A DNA stretch of 44,191 nucleotides from an uncultured Rickettsiales bacterium. Its GTDB lineage: Bacteria; Pseudomonadota; Alphaproteobacteria; Rickettsiales; UBA6187. Of the stretch, positions 28,822 through 37,775 are shown one piece after another. The notes under the pieces were generated by a model, which saw only the letters and a list, made by a program, of their open reading frames with translations, did not search any database and had not been told where the DNA came from. The stretch lies in the NCBI GenBank assembly GCA_964616845.1, contig CAZTUN010000002.1, positions 1 to 44,191 of the forward strand. Reading direction: 5' to 3'. How positions within the stretch are numbered: the first letter of the stretch is position 1; every line of letters starts with the position of its first letter. The position numbers and the translations under genes are program-made.

Positions 28822-30681
28822 CTATCTTCTGCCAAATAGCTTCTCTACATCTATTAGTTTTAATTCAACATAGGTTGGTCGACCATGGTTACATTGACCA
28901 GAATATGGAGTATTCTCCATCTCTCTTAGCAAAGTATTCATTTCTGATAAATTAAGTCTGCGCCCTGCTCTAACCGAGCCATGACATGCTATTGTTTCTA
29001 AAACATGCTCAAATTCTACTTCCAATGATAACGTTTGATCGTACTCTTTGCTCTCATAGGCCAAGTCTTTAATCAATTTATTTATATCAATTTTGCTCAA
29101 TATAGCTGGAACTTGTCTAACTATAATTGAATTCTCCTCCAATTTATCTATAACTAACCCTAATTTGGCAAATAATTCTTTTTGTCCTGTTAACAACTCG
29201 ACTTCCATTTCGGTTAATTCTATTATTTCTGGAATTAACAAAATTTGTGATTCTGGTTTATTTCTGGAAATTGCTTGCTTCATTTTCTCATAAACTAATC
29301 TTTCGTGAGCAGCATGTTGATCAACGATAATAATGCTGTCTTGTGTTTGCGATATTATGTAAGTATCATGAAGTTGGGCGCAAGCTATTCCAAGCTTATT
29401 GTCATTATTAATTTCTATTTGCGCTTGCATTTTTGTATTTTGTCTAAAATACTCTTTTTCTTCTTCTAGATATATGTTTTGATTTTGTTGCACTTGAGAG
29501 TAAGCCAGAAAAGGGTGGGGCGTATTAACTTGATTTTCCTTTATTTCATTTTCATATATCTTTAAAGGGGGAAGACTTAATTGCGTAATTGAGTCAATAA
29601 TTCTTGATTTCTGATTGTTTTTTTCTGGAATAAAATACTCTAGAGCCTTCTCCGAAACTGTTGTAGATGCTCTATAATTTCCTTGGAGAAGGGCGTTCTT
29701 TAATGCACTAACAATAACACTTCTGACTATTTCGCTTTTTCTAAATCTAACTTCTGCCTTGGTGGGGTGGACATTAACATCAACTTCTTCCGCTGGAAGA
29801 TCTATAAATAATGCTAAAACAGGATAACGATTACTTGCCATATAATCATGATAGGCAGCCTTTACAGCACCTATAATTAATTTGTCTTTCACTGGTCTTT
29901 TATTAATAAATAAGAACAAAGAATTTGAGGCAGATTTGTTATAGGTTGGCAGACTAGCATAACCATATACATGTATTTGATCTCTTTTATATTCAACCTC
30001 TACAGAATTATCGGTAAATTCTAAGCCAAGAATTTGTTTTAATCTTTGCTTATACGCAACCATAAACTCATCATTACTTGAAAATGTTTCTATAATCTTA
30101 CGTTTCTCATTACTCAAAGAAAAAGCAATATGTGGATTTGCCATTGCAAGCTTCGCAATGATTTCATGGCTATATTGTATTTCAGATTTTTCACTCTTAA
30201 GAAATTTTAAGCGGGCAGGGGTGGCAAAAAATAAATCTCTTACTTCTATCCTTGTCCCTTTATTAATATTTGAAGGAAAAATTTCTGATTTATCTCCACC
30301 TTCAATTTTTATAGCCCACGCTTGATCATTATCTTGGTATCTTGTTGAAATTAACATTCTACTAACAGAACCAATTGAGGGAAGGGCTTCTCCTCTAAAA
30401 CCAAGAAAATTTATATTAAAAATATCTTCCTCTTTTAGCTTGGAAGTTGCATGTCGCTCTACACATAAACTTAGATCGCTTGCAATCATTCCCTTTCCAT
30501 CATCTGTAACACTAATAAGATTGCGTCCTCCATTATGCATCACAACCTTAATATTTTTTGCTCCTGCATCAATAGCATTCTCAACTAATTCTTTTATCAC
30601 CGAAGCAGGACGTTCTATTACCTCTCCAGCAGCAATTCTACTTACCGTAGTTGATGATAGTAAATTTATAATTCCAGACAT
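28822..30681 (-). CDS. mutL: DNA mismatch repair protein MutL
   Basis: GHKL ATPase N-terminus IAAGEVIERPASVIKELVENAIDAGA. C-terminal dimerisation/endonuclease domain with QHAAHERL. Confidence 0.95.
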   Translation of the reverse strand: MSGIINLLSSTTVSRIAAGEVIERPASVIKELVENAIDAGAKNIKVVMHNGGRNLISVTDDGKGMIASDLSLCVERHATSKLKEEDIFNINFLGFRGEALPSIGSVSRMLISTRYQDNDQAWAIKIEGGDKSEIFPSNINKGTRIEVRDLFFATPARLKFLKSEKSEIQYSHEIIAKLAMANPHIAFSLSNEKRKIIETFSSNDEFMVAYKQRLKQILGLEFTDNSVEVEYKRDQIHVYGYASLPTYNKSASNSLFLFINKRPVKDKLIIGAVKAAYHDYMASNRYPVLALFIDLPAEEVDVNVHPTKAEVRFRKSEIVRSVIVSALKNALLQGNYRASTTVSEKALEYFIPEKNNQKSRIIDSITQLSLPPLKIYENEIKENQVNTPHPFLAYSQVQQNQNIYLEEEKEYFRQNTKMQAQIEINNDNKLGIACAQLHDTYIISQTQDSIIIVDQHAAHERLVYEKMKQAISRNKPESQILLIPEIIELTEMEVELLTGQKELFAKLGLVIDKLEENSIIVRQVPAILSKIDINKLIKDLAYESKEYDQTLSLEVEFEHVLETIACHGSVRAGRRLNLSEMNTLLREMENTPYSGQCNHGRPTYVELKLIDVEKLFGRR

Positions 30682-30730
30682 TAACCTTATTCTCTCTAAA
30701 TATAAGCTTAAAGGTTAAGACATAGTAGAT

Positions 30731-31939
30731 TTACTTTTGCTTTACAAGCAATTCAATGGTCTTAATTTTTCCAGCCTCTACAGCTGGTTGATCAAAAGGA
30801 TTTACTCCTATCATCTGTGCAATAATCACAGTTTCAATCATTAAATGTGTTACTAAAGCAGATAAAGACCTTATTCCTAATTCTTCTAAATGAATAGCTC
30901 TTACTGGCAACTGATTGGCAGCTAAGGTTTGTAATGTAGCTAACTGTGAAGCGTTTTGAACGTCTCCAAGAGCATGTTCGTTAAGATGTCGACAAGCATT
31001 ATGAGAAAGGATTCTTCCGCCTTGGCCACTAGTATCAAAAGTTACCAAGGTAAACCATTTATCTTTCTTTCCATCTAGATATAGTTGCAACTGACTATGC
31101 TGGTCTATCGTTCCAAGAGCTGTAATTGGAGTAATTCCACCTCCATTCTTGCCTAAGCTTTCTGCATATAGTTGTCTAAACAAGACATTCAATGGTATAA
31201 GTTTTCTAACATATGGCATAAAGACTGCATTACTTAATCCATGTTCTAACATGGTTACAGCTAATGCCGCTCCTTGAGCTGGTATAGACAAATTATTTGT
31301 GACGCTCTTTATCCCTTGATAGATTTGCTCATAATCAGCTCCCATAATTAGAGCAGGAAGCAAGCCAACATTAGTAAATATCGAATATCTACCTCCAACA
31401 TCTTTTTCATGATCTATAACTACAGATCCTATATCTTGTGCGATTTTTCTTAATGGAGAATCTACAGGGTCACTTATCATTATGAAGTGTTGACCTATAT
31501 TATTTAAACCAGCTTCCTTTAAATAATTAATAGCCCATAATAGTTGTGCTAAGGTCTCAAGAGTTCTACCAGATTTACTAATTACTAAAAAACATGTATC
31601 TTTTGGTTTTATAGATTCTATTAATTCAATACTGTCTGCTGGATCTGTATAATCCGCATAATGAATCTTTATAGACGTATTTTTTTGCAATGAGGTAAGT
31701 GTCTGTGGACAAATTGTTGATGCGCCAGTACCAAAAACTACTAGGTGATTAAAGTTTCTAACAACTCTATCTGCTATTGGAATAAGCTCGTCTATTTTGC
31801 TTTTTTTTTCAATATTATTAAATGGAGGGCTAGTTAGTATAATTTTTGCTAATTTATCAGCTCTAGAAAATAACTGCTCAAAAACATTTTTGTCTATACC
31901 TCTAGGAAAACACATTGATATATCTTGCTTGTAAAACAT
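30731..31939 (-). CDS. pgi: Glucose-6-phosphate isomerase, unusually short form (402 aa)
   Basis: SIS-domain motifs ISKSGRTLET and GGRYS, plus DQHSQLQLY and NPFDQPAVE. The start ATG overlaps the upstream M16 gene's TAA stop by 1 nt (TAATG). Confidence 0.85.
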   Translation of the reverse strand: MFYKQDISMCFPRGIDKNVFEQLFSRADKLAKIILTSPPFNNIEKKSKIDELIPIADRVVRNFNHLVVFGTGASTICPQTLTSLQKNTSIKIHYADYTDPADSIELIESIKPKDTCFLVISKSGRTLETLAQLLWAINYLKEAGLNNIGQHFIMISDPVDSPLRKIAQDIGSVVIDHEKDVGGRYSIFTNVGLLPALIMGADYEQIYQGIKSVTNNLSIPAQGAALAVTMLEHGLSNAVFMPYVRKLIPLNVLFRQLYAESLGKNGGGITPITALGTIDQHSQLQLYLDGKKDKWFTLVTFDTSGQGGRILSHNACRHLNEHALGDVQNASQLATLQTLAANQLPVRAIHLEELGIRSLSALVTHLMIETVIIAQMIGVNPFDQPAVEAGKIKTIELLVKQK

Positions 31940-33240
31940 TATAAATCCTGCCCAACTAAAACCATAACTTTTTTCTTATTCAATAACCTTATTACTGAAT
32001 CATTTATCTGATCTAAGGTAACTTGTCTTATATAATCGTTCCTTTTTTGTAAAAAATCAATTCCCAAGTCTTCTAATTGCATCACCAACAAATAATCTGT
32101 AAAATTTGAATTGGTTATTAGCTTAAGTGCAAAAGAATCTATTAGATATTGTTTGGCATCCTCTAATTCTTGCTTTGTAATATTTCCCCTTGCAAGATCT
32201 TGTATAGTATTTTCTATAATCTTTACGCTATTTTTTGTTTCTTCAGAACGTGTTGAGGCAAAAGAAATTAAGAGTCCAGCTTTATTGAATAAATCTAGAG
32301 CACTATTTGTACTGTAAACCAAACCTCTTTTTTCTCGTAATTCTTTCATCAATCTTGATTGAAACTCTCCACCACCTAAAATATAATTAGCGACATAATT
32401 AGGATAAAAATCCTTTGATTTTCTTAATACTCCCTCTGAGGCTACAACTATTAATGTTTGTTGATTTGGATAATTTATCTTAATTTGCCTATCACTATCT
32501 ATATATTTTACCTCTCCAATCGTTTTTTGTCCGCTCTGTTTATCTTGAATATTTCCTAAATATTTCTCCAATTTTTGTGAAAGTATTTGAGAACTAATAT
32601 CTCCAGATACCGCTATAACCATATTATTCTTGGCAAAATTGTTTTTAGTAAATAAAACCAAATCTTGCTTGTTAATAGAATTTATACTTTTTATATTGCC
32701 AGTAATCGGGTTAGCATACGGATGATTCTCAAAAATGGTTTTATATACGTTATGCATCGCTATATATTGAGGATCTTTGTTTTGTTTTATTATTAAAGCT
32801 TTAGTTTGATTTTTTATTCTTTCAATTGCCTTTTCTTCAAAATTTGCTTCGGTAAGACTTAAATTTAACAACTCTAGTGCTTTATCTAAATTCTTTGTCA
32901 GAGTCTTAATATTAACATATAGATAATCTTGATCTGTAGAAAATTCTAGATTTATAGCAAGATTTTCTAATATTTCGTTATATTGTATATCTGATAAATT
33001 ACCCGCTCCCTCTTTTAATAAAGAGCTTACTAAAAAGCTTAGTCCATTTTTATCTTTAGGATCATATGCAGATCCAGAGTTCTTAAAGGCAATTTTTATA
33101 GAAATTATTGGCAAGAAATGGTCTTCATTTAATAGTGCTCTAATACCAGAAGTAGTTGTGACTGGAGCGATATTTATCTCAGATGCTTTAGCACTTAAAT
33201 TTAAAATTATAACACATAAAAAGATAACTATTCTTAACAT
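31939..33240 (-). CDS. M16-family (pitrilysin-like) peptidase homologue lacking the zinc motif. Probably a non-catalytic partner subunit; exported.
   Basis: 433 aa with a signal-peptide-like N-terminus. M16 fold pattern, but the HxxEH position reads LSFLVSSLL. Confidence 0.8.
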   Translation of the reverse strand: MLRIVIFLCVIILNLSAKASEINIAPVTTTSGIRALLNEDHFLPIISIKIAFKNSGSAYDPKDKNGLSFLVSSLLKEGAGNLSDIQYNEILENLAINLEFSTDQDYLYVNIKTLTKNLDKALELLNLSLTEANFEEKAIERIKNQTKALIIKQNKDPQYIAMHNVYKTIFENHPYANPITGNIKSINSINKQDLVLFTKNNFAKNNMVIAVSGDISSQILSQKLEKYLGNIQDKQSGQKTIGEVKYIDSDRQIKINYPNQQTLIVVASEGVLRKSKDFYPNYVANYILGGGEFQSRLMKELREKRGLVYSTNSALDLFNKAGLLISFASTRSEETKNSVKIIENTIQDLARGNITKQELEDAKQYLIDSFALKLITNSNFTDYLLVMQLEDLGIDFLQKRNDYIRQVTLDQINDSVIRLLNKKKVMVLVGQDL

Positions 33241-33267
33241 ATAATTTTCTCATTGCTTAAAGGACGG

Positions 33268-34596
33268 TTAGTACTGCTTGTCCAAATATCCTGTAACTGA
33301 GTTGTTAATATTAAATATTTCTTGCGCAACTTGTTTAATGTCTTCTCTGCTAACCGCATTAATATTTTCTTGCCAATTCTCAATATAACTAAGATCTAAC
33401 CCTGTAGCTAAGGCGGTTCCATATATAAAAGCCATGGTTTTTAGATTCTCACGACCATATATATTGCTTGCTATAAGATTGTTTTTTATTCTTTGTAAAT
33501 TGCTTTCTGAAACAAGACTATCCTTCATTTGCTTTAGTTGATAATCTATAGCTTTTTCTAATGATTCTAACTTTACTCCCTCTGCGCTGGTAGCTGCAAT
33601 AGCAAACATTCCTCTATCTATACTTGTCATGTCATATTCACTAGTTGTTTCGATAGCAAGTTTTTGATTCCTTACTAGGGACAAGTAAAGCGAGCTATTA
33701 TTCCCCTCGCCTAGTAGGGCAGAAAGTATTAAGGCTGCAAAAGCTTTTTTCTTATCTGAGGAAGCATTAAATGGCATGAGGTAGTATCTATATATCTGGC
33801 TTCTTGCAACTCTTTTATCATCTAATTTTATATATACTGGGGCTATATGAATAGGCTCTTGTGGGCGTTCTCTAACCACATTCTTTCCTGCAGAAATACC
33901 CGCATAATATTTTTCTATCAGAGGCCTTATTTCTTTTTTTGTAATATCACCTGAAATTATTATCATGGCATTGTTTGGCTTATAATAACTATCGTACCAA
34001 TCTTTTACATCTTTAATATCTAATTTTGCCATTTCGTGATGCCAGCCTATTAATGGTCTTCCATAAGGATGATTTTGATATAATGCCGCTCTCATTTGCT
34101 CATCAAGTTGTGCCGCTGGATCATCTTCTATTCTCATTCTTCGTTCTTCTATAATAACTTCTCTTTCCTTGATTAACTCTTCTTCGTCTAATAAAAGATT
34201 TTGCATTCTATCTGCTTCAAGCTTTATTGCTAATTCTAACTTTGTCTTAGAAATATTTTCATAATATGCAGTATAATCAAAACTGGTAAAAGCATTATTT
34301 TCAGCTCCTTGCTTTGAAATTAATTTAGAAAACATACCTTTGGGAATATTTTTTGTTCCTTTAAACATCATATGCTCTAGAAAGTGAGCTATTCCTGTTT
34401 TGCCATTTTTTTCATCTGCCGCACCAACCTTGTACCAAACTGTATAAGAAACAGCAGGAACCTTTTTATTAGGAATAACTATAACTTTAAGTCCATTTGC
34501 GAGAGAAAATTGATCTATACTTTCTGCTAAACAAAAAGATGGTATTAGTACGAATATAAAGAAAATTAATAGTTTTCTTATATTAATAAGAAGCAT
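33268..34596 (-). CDS. M16-family zinc metallopeptidase (pitrilysin-like), catalytic subunit; exported
   Basis: 442 aa with a signal-peptide-like N-terminus and the inverted zinc motif HFLEHMMFKGT. Confidence 0.85.
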   Translation of the reverse strand: MLLINIRKLLIFFIFVLIPSFCLAESIDQFSLANGLKVIVIPNKKVPAVSYTVWYKVGAADEKNGKTGIAHFLEHMMFKGTKNIPKGMFSKLISKQGAENNAFTSFDYTAYYENISKTKLELAIKLEADRMQNLLLDEEELIKEREVIIEERRMRIEDDPAAQLDEQMRAALYQNHPYGRPLIGWHHEMAKLDIKDVKDWYDSYYKPNNAMIIISGDITKKEIRPLIEKYYAGISAGKNVVRERPQEPIHIAPVYIKLDDKRVARSQIYRYYLMPFNASSDKKKAFAALILSALLGEGNNSSLYLSLVRNQKLAIETTSEYDMTSIDRGMFAIAATSAEGVKLESLEKAIDYQLKQMKDSLVSESNLQRIKNNLIASNIYGRENLKTMAFIYGTALATGLDLSYIENWQENINAVSREDIKQVAQEIFNINNSVTGYLDKQY

Positions 34597-34601
34597 ATTT
34601 G

Positions 34602-35183
34602 TTATTTTCCAATTAAAGGATTTAATAATCCACCACCATTTGTTTTTTTAAGAACTTTAGCATCTTTACCTGTAACAGTTTGTCCAGCTGCTTGGGTAGT
34701 TTCTATTCGTTGTTTTTCTTGAATAGCATTAATTACTTCATTTGAATCATCTTTACTTGGATTTATCCAATCAAATAACCTTCCAAACCAAGTTTTTTTC
34801 TTTTCTTTTCTATTTTGTTCTTGATACTCATTATCTATTTCTGTCGTTATATTACTATTAATGGCATCTGCATTAGCTTTTTTTAAAAAAGATTTTTCTC
34901 CATTACTTGCTTTTATTTCTTTTTCTTTATTTGCAGAAAATATTGCTTTTTTGGCTTGACTACTTGCATTAAAACTTTGTAATGGTTTTGCTCCATCAAC
35001 TGGAGGACGCAAAGAAAAATCTGGCGGCACTGTAAGAGGAGGGGCAGATATAACTTTGAATGCATCTGGGCTTTGATTATTTATACCGATAGAGTGCCTT
35101 ACATTGCCATTACAAGAAGCATTCGTTATTAAGGATATACCTAACAATACTAAAACGCTATTTCTACCTTTATTTAGCTTCAT
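34602..35183 (-). CDS. Putative lipoprotein of unknown function (193 aa, Lys/Asn/Glu-rich)
   Basis: N-terminus MKLNKGRNSVLVLLGISLITNASC is a plausible signal peptide with a lipobox Cys. Its start overlaps the 3' end of lspA by 14 nt. Confidence 0.6.
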   Translation of the reverse strand: MKLNKGRNSVLVLLGISLITNASCNGNVRHSIGINNQSPDAFKVISAPPLTVPPDFSLRPPVDGAKPLQSFNASSQAKKAIFSANKEKEIKASNGEKSFLKKANADAINSNITTEIDNEYQEQNRKEKKKTWFGRLFDWINPSKDDSNEVINAIQEKQRIETTQAAGQTVTGKDAKVLKKTNGGGLLNPLIGK

Positions 35184-35655
35184 TATTATCCCCTCTCTTA
35201 TGGAAAAAAATTTGCTCTATGCAAATTAATGCTGTTCCTACAAATACAGCAGAATCTGCTATGTTAAAAGCTGGCCAGTGATAGTTATTAATATGAAAAT
35301 CCAAGAAATCGGCAACTGCGCCATATCTTACTCGGTCGACGATGTTACCAATTGCTCCGCCAATAATCAAGCTTAATGCAACAGATAAATATCTGTCATT
35401 TGATTTTATTAGCCATATTAACAGGGCAACAGTTACTGTTACGGCAACTAATGCAAGTATCCACCGACCATATTCTAGGTCATTTAACATGCCAAAACTA
35501 ATACCATAATTATAAACTGTTACTAGATTAAAGAAACTAGTTATTTCTTTGGCATGAAAAGGAAATTGGGTTAGGTAAGAAAATACCTCCCGCTTACTAT
35601 ATTGATCAAGCAATACAACAATGGTAACTATTATAAAGCTTATAACAAAATTCAT
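35170..35655 (-). CDS. lspA: Lipoprotein signal peptidase (signal peptidase II)
   Basis: 161 aa with 4 TM segments. Motifs YNYGISFG and FNIADS carry the catalytic Asp residues. Confidence 0.9.
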   Translation of the reverse strand: MNFVISFIIVTIVVLLDQYSKREVFSYLTQFPFHAKEITSFFNLVTVYNYGISFGMLNDLEYGRWILALVAVTVTVALLIWLIKSNDRYLSVALSLIIGGAIGNIVDRVRYGAVADFLDFHINNYHWPAFNIADSAVFVGTALICIEQIFFHKRGDNNEAK

Positions 35656-35720
35656 TTTTGACTCTTAATCTTAGGCTAATTTTTATTAAGTTAATTTAGA
35701 TTATATTTTAGTATTATTGG

Positions 35721-36671
35721 CTAGTAAATATTATTAACATTAATACTACTTGCTCTCTCTATATCTAGAGTAATTTGCTTAATTAAGTCATCTATACTTG
35801 CAAATTTCATTTCTTCTCTAATAAAATCTATTAAGTAAATTTCTACTTCTTTATCATATATATTCTGAGAAAAATTTAATAGATGTACTTCTATAGTAAT
35901 TTTATTGTTATTATTACATTCTATGGTTGGTTTACAACCAATATTTGCAACTCCCTTAATAAATGTTCCATCTAATTCACATTCAACTATATAAACTCCT
36001 AATTTAGGTATTATGAAATGATCTGGAAAACTTAAGTTTATGGTAGGAAAGCCTATTTTTGTACCAAGTTTATTACCATGCTCTACCTTTGATTTGATAG
36101 AAAATCTTCTTCCTAAAAGAAGATTAGCCTCCTTTATATTACCAGACTTTATACAAGATCTTATTGTGGTTGAGGAATAAACTATATCGCTATATATATC
36201 TTTTTGTGCATCAATTTCTAAAACTTTAAAGTTATTGTCTTTTGCTAAAGACTTTAATAATTTAACGTTTCCTGAGCGTTTATAGCCAAATATAAAATTA
36301 TATCCCACCACTATATGTTTAGCAGAAAGACTTTTACATAAAATTTCTTTTATAAATTCTTCTCCAGATATTTTTAAGAAATTTTGATCAAATTTTAGAT
36401 TAAAAACAAAATCAATGTTCATTTTTTGCAATAAAGAAATTTTTTGCTCTTCTGTCGTTATAAGAAAATTATTCTTCTCAACAGATAAAACAGTTCTTGG
36501 ATGTGGAGAAAAAGTCATAACAGCAGAAGGAAGTTGCATTTCTTTTGCTATTTCCTTTGCTTTTAAAATAAGAGTTTTATGTCCTTTATGTAAACCATCA
36601 AAATTGCCCAAGGCAATCACTGAATTTCTAGCATATTCAGGACATAATTTATAATCATTTATTATTTGCAT
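35721..36671 (-). CDS. ribF: Bifunctional riboflavin kinase / FMN adenylyltransferase
   Basis: 316 aa. N-terminal nucleotidyltransferase motif GNFDGLHKGH and a C-terminal riboflavin kinase domain. Confidence 0.9.
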   Translation of the reverse strand: MQIINDYKLCPEYARNSVIALGNFDGLHKGHKTLILKAKEIAKEMQLPSAVMTFSPHPRTVLSVEKNNFLITTEEQKISLLQKMNIDFVFNLKFDQNFLKISGEEFIKEILCKSLSAKHIVVGYNFIFGYKRSGNVKLLKSLAKDNNFKVLEIDAQKDIYSDIVYSSTTIRSCIKSGNIKEANLLLGRRFSIKSKVEHGNKLGTKIGFPTINLSFPDHFIIPKLGVYIVECELDGTFIKGVANIGCKPTIECNNNNKITIEVHLLNFSQNIYDKEVEIYLIDFIREEMKFASIDDLIKQITLDIERASSINVNNIY

Positions 36672-37629
36672 CTTCTGAAGATCTTAATCTTAAATATACT
36701 AATATTGGTGTTCCAACATAAATAGATGAATATGTTCCAACTATCGTACCAAAAAGAGCTGCAAGGCTAAAACTTAGGGTTACTTTTCCTCCAAGAAAAA
36801 CTAAAGCCACAAGAGCCAATATTACAGATAGAGAAACCATTATAGTTCGTGAAAGTGTTTTATTAAGACTATTGTTAATAAGTTGATCTAGGGGCATTTT
36901 TTTATATTTTCTTATATCATCTCTAATTCTATCAAATATAACCACAGAATCATTTATAGAATAGCCAACTACTGTTAATATTGCTGCTATTGAAGATAGA
37001 TTAAAATCTAATCTGGTGATACTATAAAAAGCCAATGTTAGCACAGCATCGTGAATAAGGGCAAGTATCCCGCCTAAACCATAATACCATTCAAATCTAA
37101 ACCAAATATAAGCCATCATTGCTCCTAGGGCAATTATAAGAGACCAGATACCTGCTTTTATAAGTTCTGAACCAACCTTTGGACCAACATAGTCTATTTT
37201 TCTATATTCTATTTCGTTATTATACTTATCTTTCAGGATTGTTTTTATTCTTTCAATCAGCTTAGCTTGATCATTGGTTTGATGGCTTTTTTCACCTATT
37301 CTTATCATTATGTTGTTAGTGTTGCCCAAATTTTGTAGAGAAACATCACCAACTTCTGCTTTTGAAAATACTTCTCTAAGTTCGCCTAAATCAGGTGTTT
37401 TTGAGAATTTTGCTTCTATCAATATTCCGCCCGTAAAATCTATCCCAAGATTAAAGCCTCTAACGGCACATACGGTTATAGATGCAATCATAAGAAATAT
37501 TGATAAACTAAACGCAATCCAGCGTTTACCCATAAAATCAATATTTGTATCATGAGGAATAATAGATATAGGCATAAATAAAATCTTTTTATTCTTGGAT
37601 ATTTCATTAAGATGCTCTCCTTCTATCAC
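36655..37629 (-). CDS. secF: Protein-export membrane protein SecF
   Basis: IDFMGKRW...GIDFTGG and six TM segments. The ORF-track GTG start at 37629 has no RBS. An alternative ATG at 37575 (MPISIIPHDTNIDFM) would give a more typical N-terminus. Confidence 0.85.
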   Translation of the reverse strand: MIEGEHLNEISKNKKILFMPISIIPHDTNIDFMGKRWIAFSLSIFLMIASITVCAVRGFNLGIDFTGGILIEAKFSKTPDLGELREVFSKAEVGDVSLQNLGNTNNIMIRIGEKSHQTNDQAKLIERIKTILKDKYNNEIEYRKIDYVGPKVGSELIKAGIWSLIIALGAMMAYIWFRFEWYYGLGGILALIHDAVLTLAFYSITRLDFNLSSIAAILTVVGYSINDSVVIFDRIRDDIRKYKKMPLDQLINNSLNKTLSRTIMVSLSVILALVALVFLGGKVTLSFSLAALFGTIVGTYSSIYVGTPILVYLRLRSSEDANNK

Positions 37630-37775
37630 AAAGGATATGGGGCTGCAATGCCTTTAATACCTTGAAACAAAAATAAAATTTGTCAGACTTAGCTAATTAG
37701 GATAAATCTATAGTCTTGATTTATGGTTATTTACAAAATTTGTAATTAGCCTTACATAGCAAAGTTAGGTCATGT

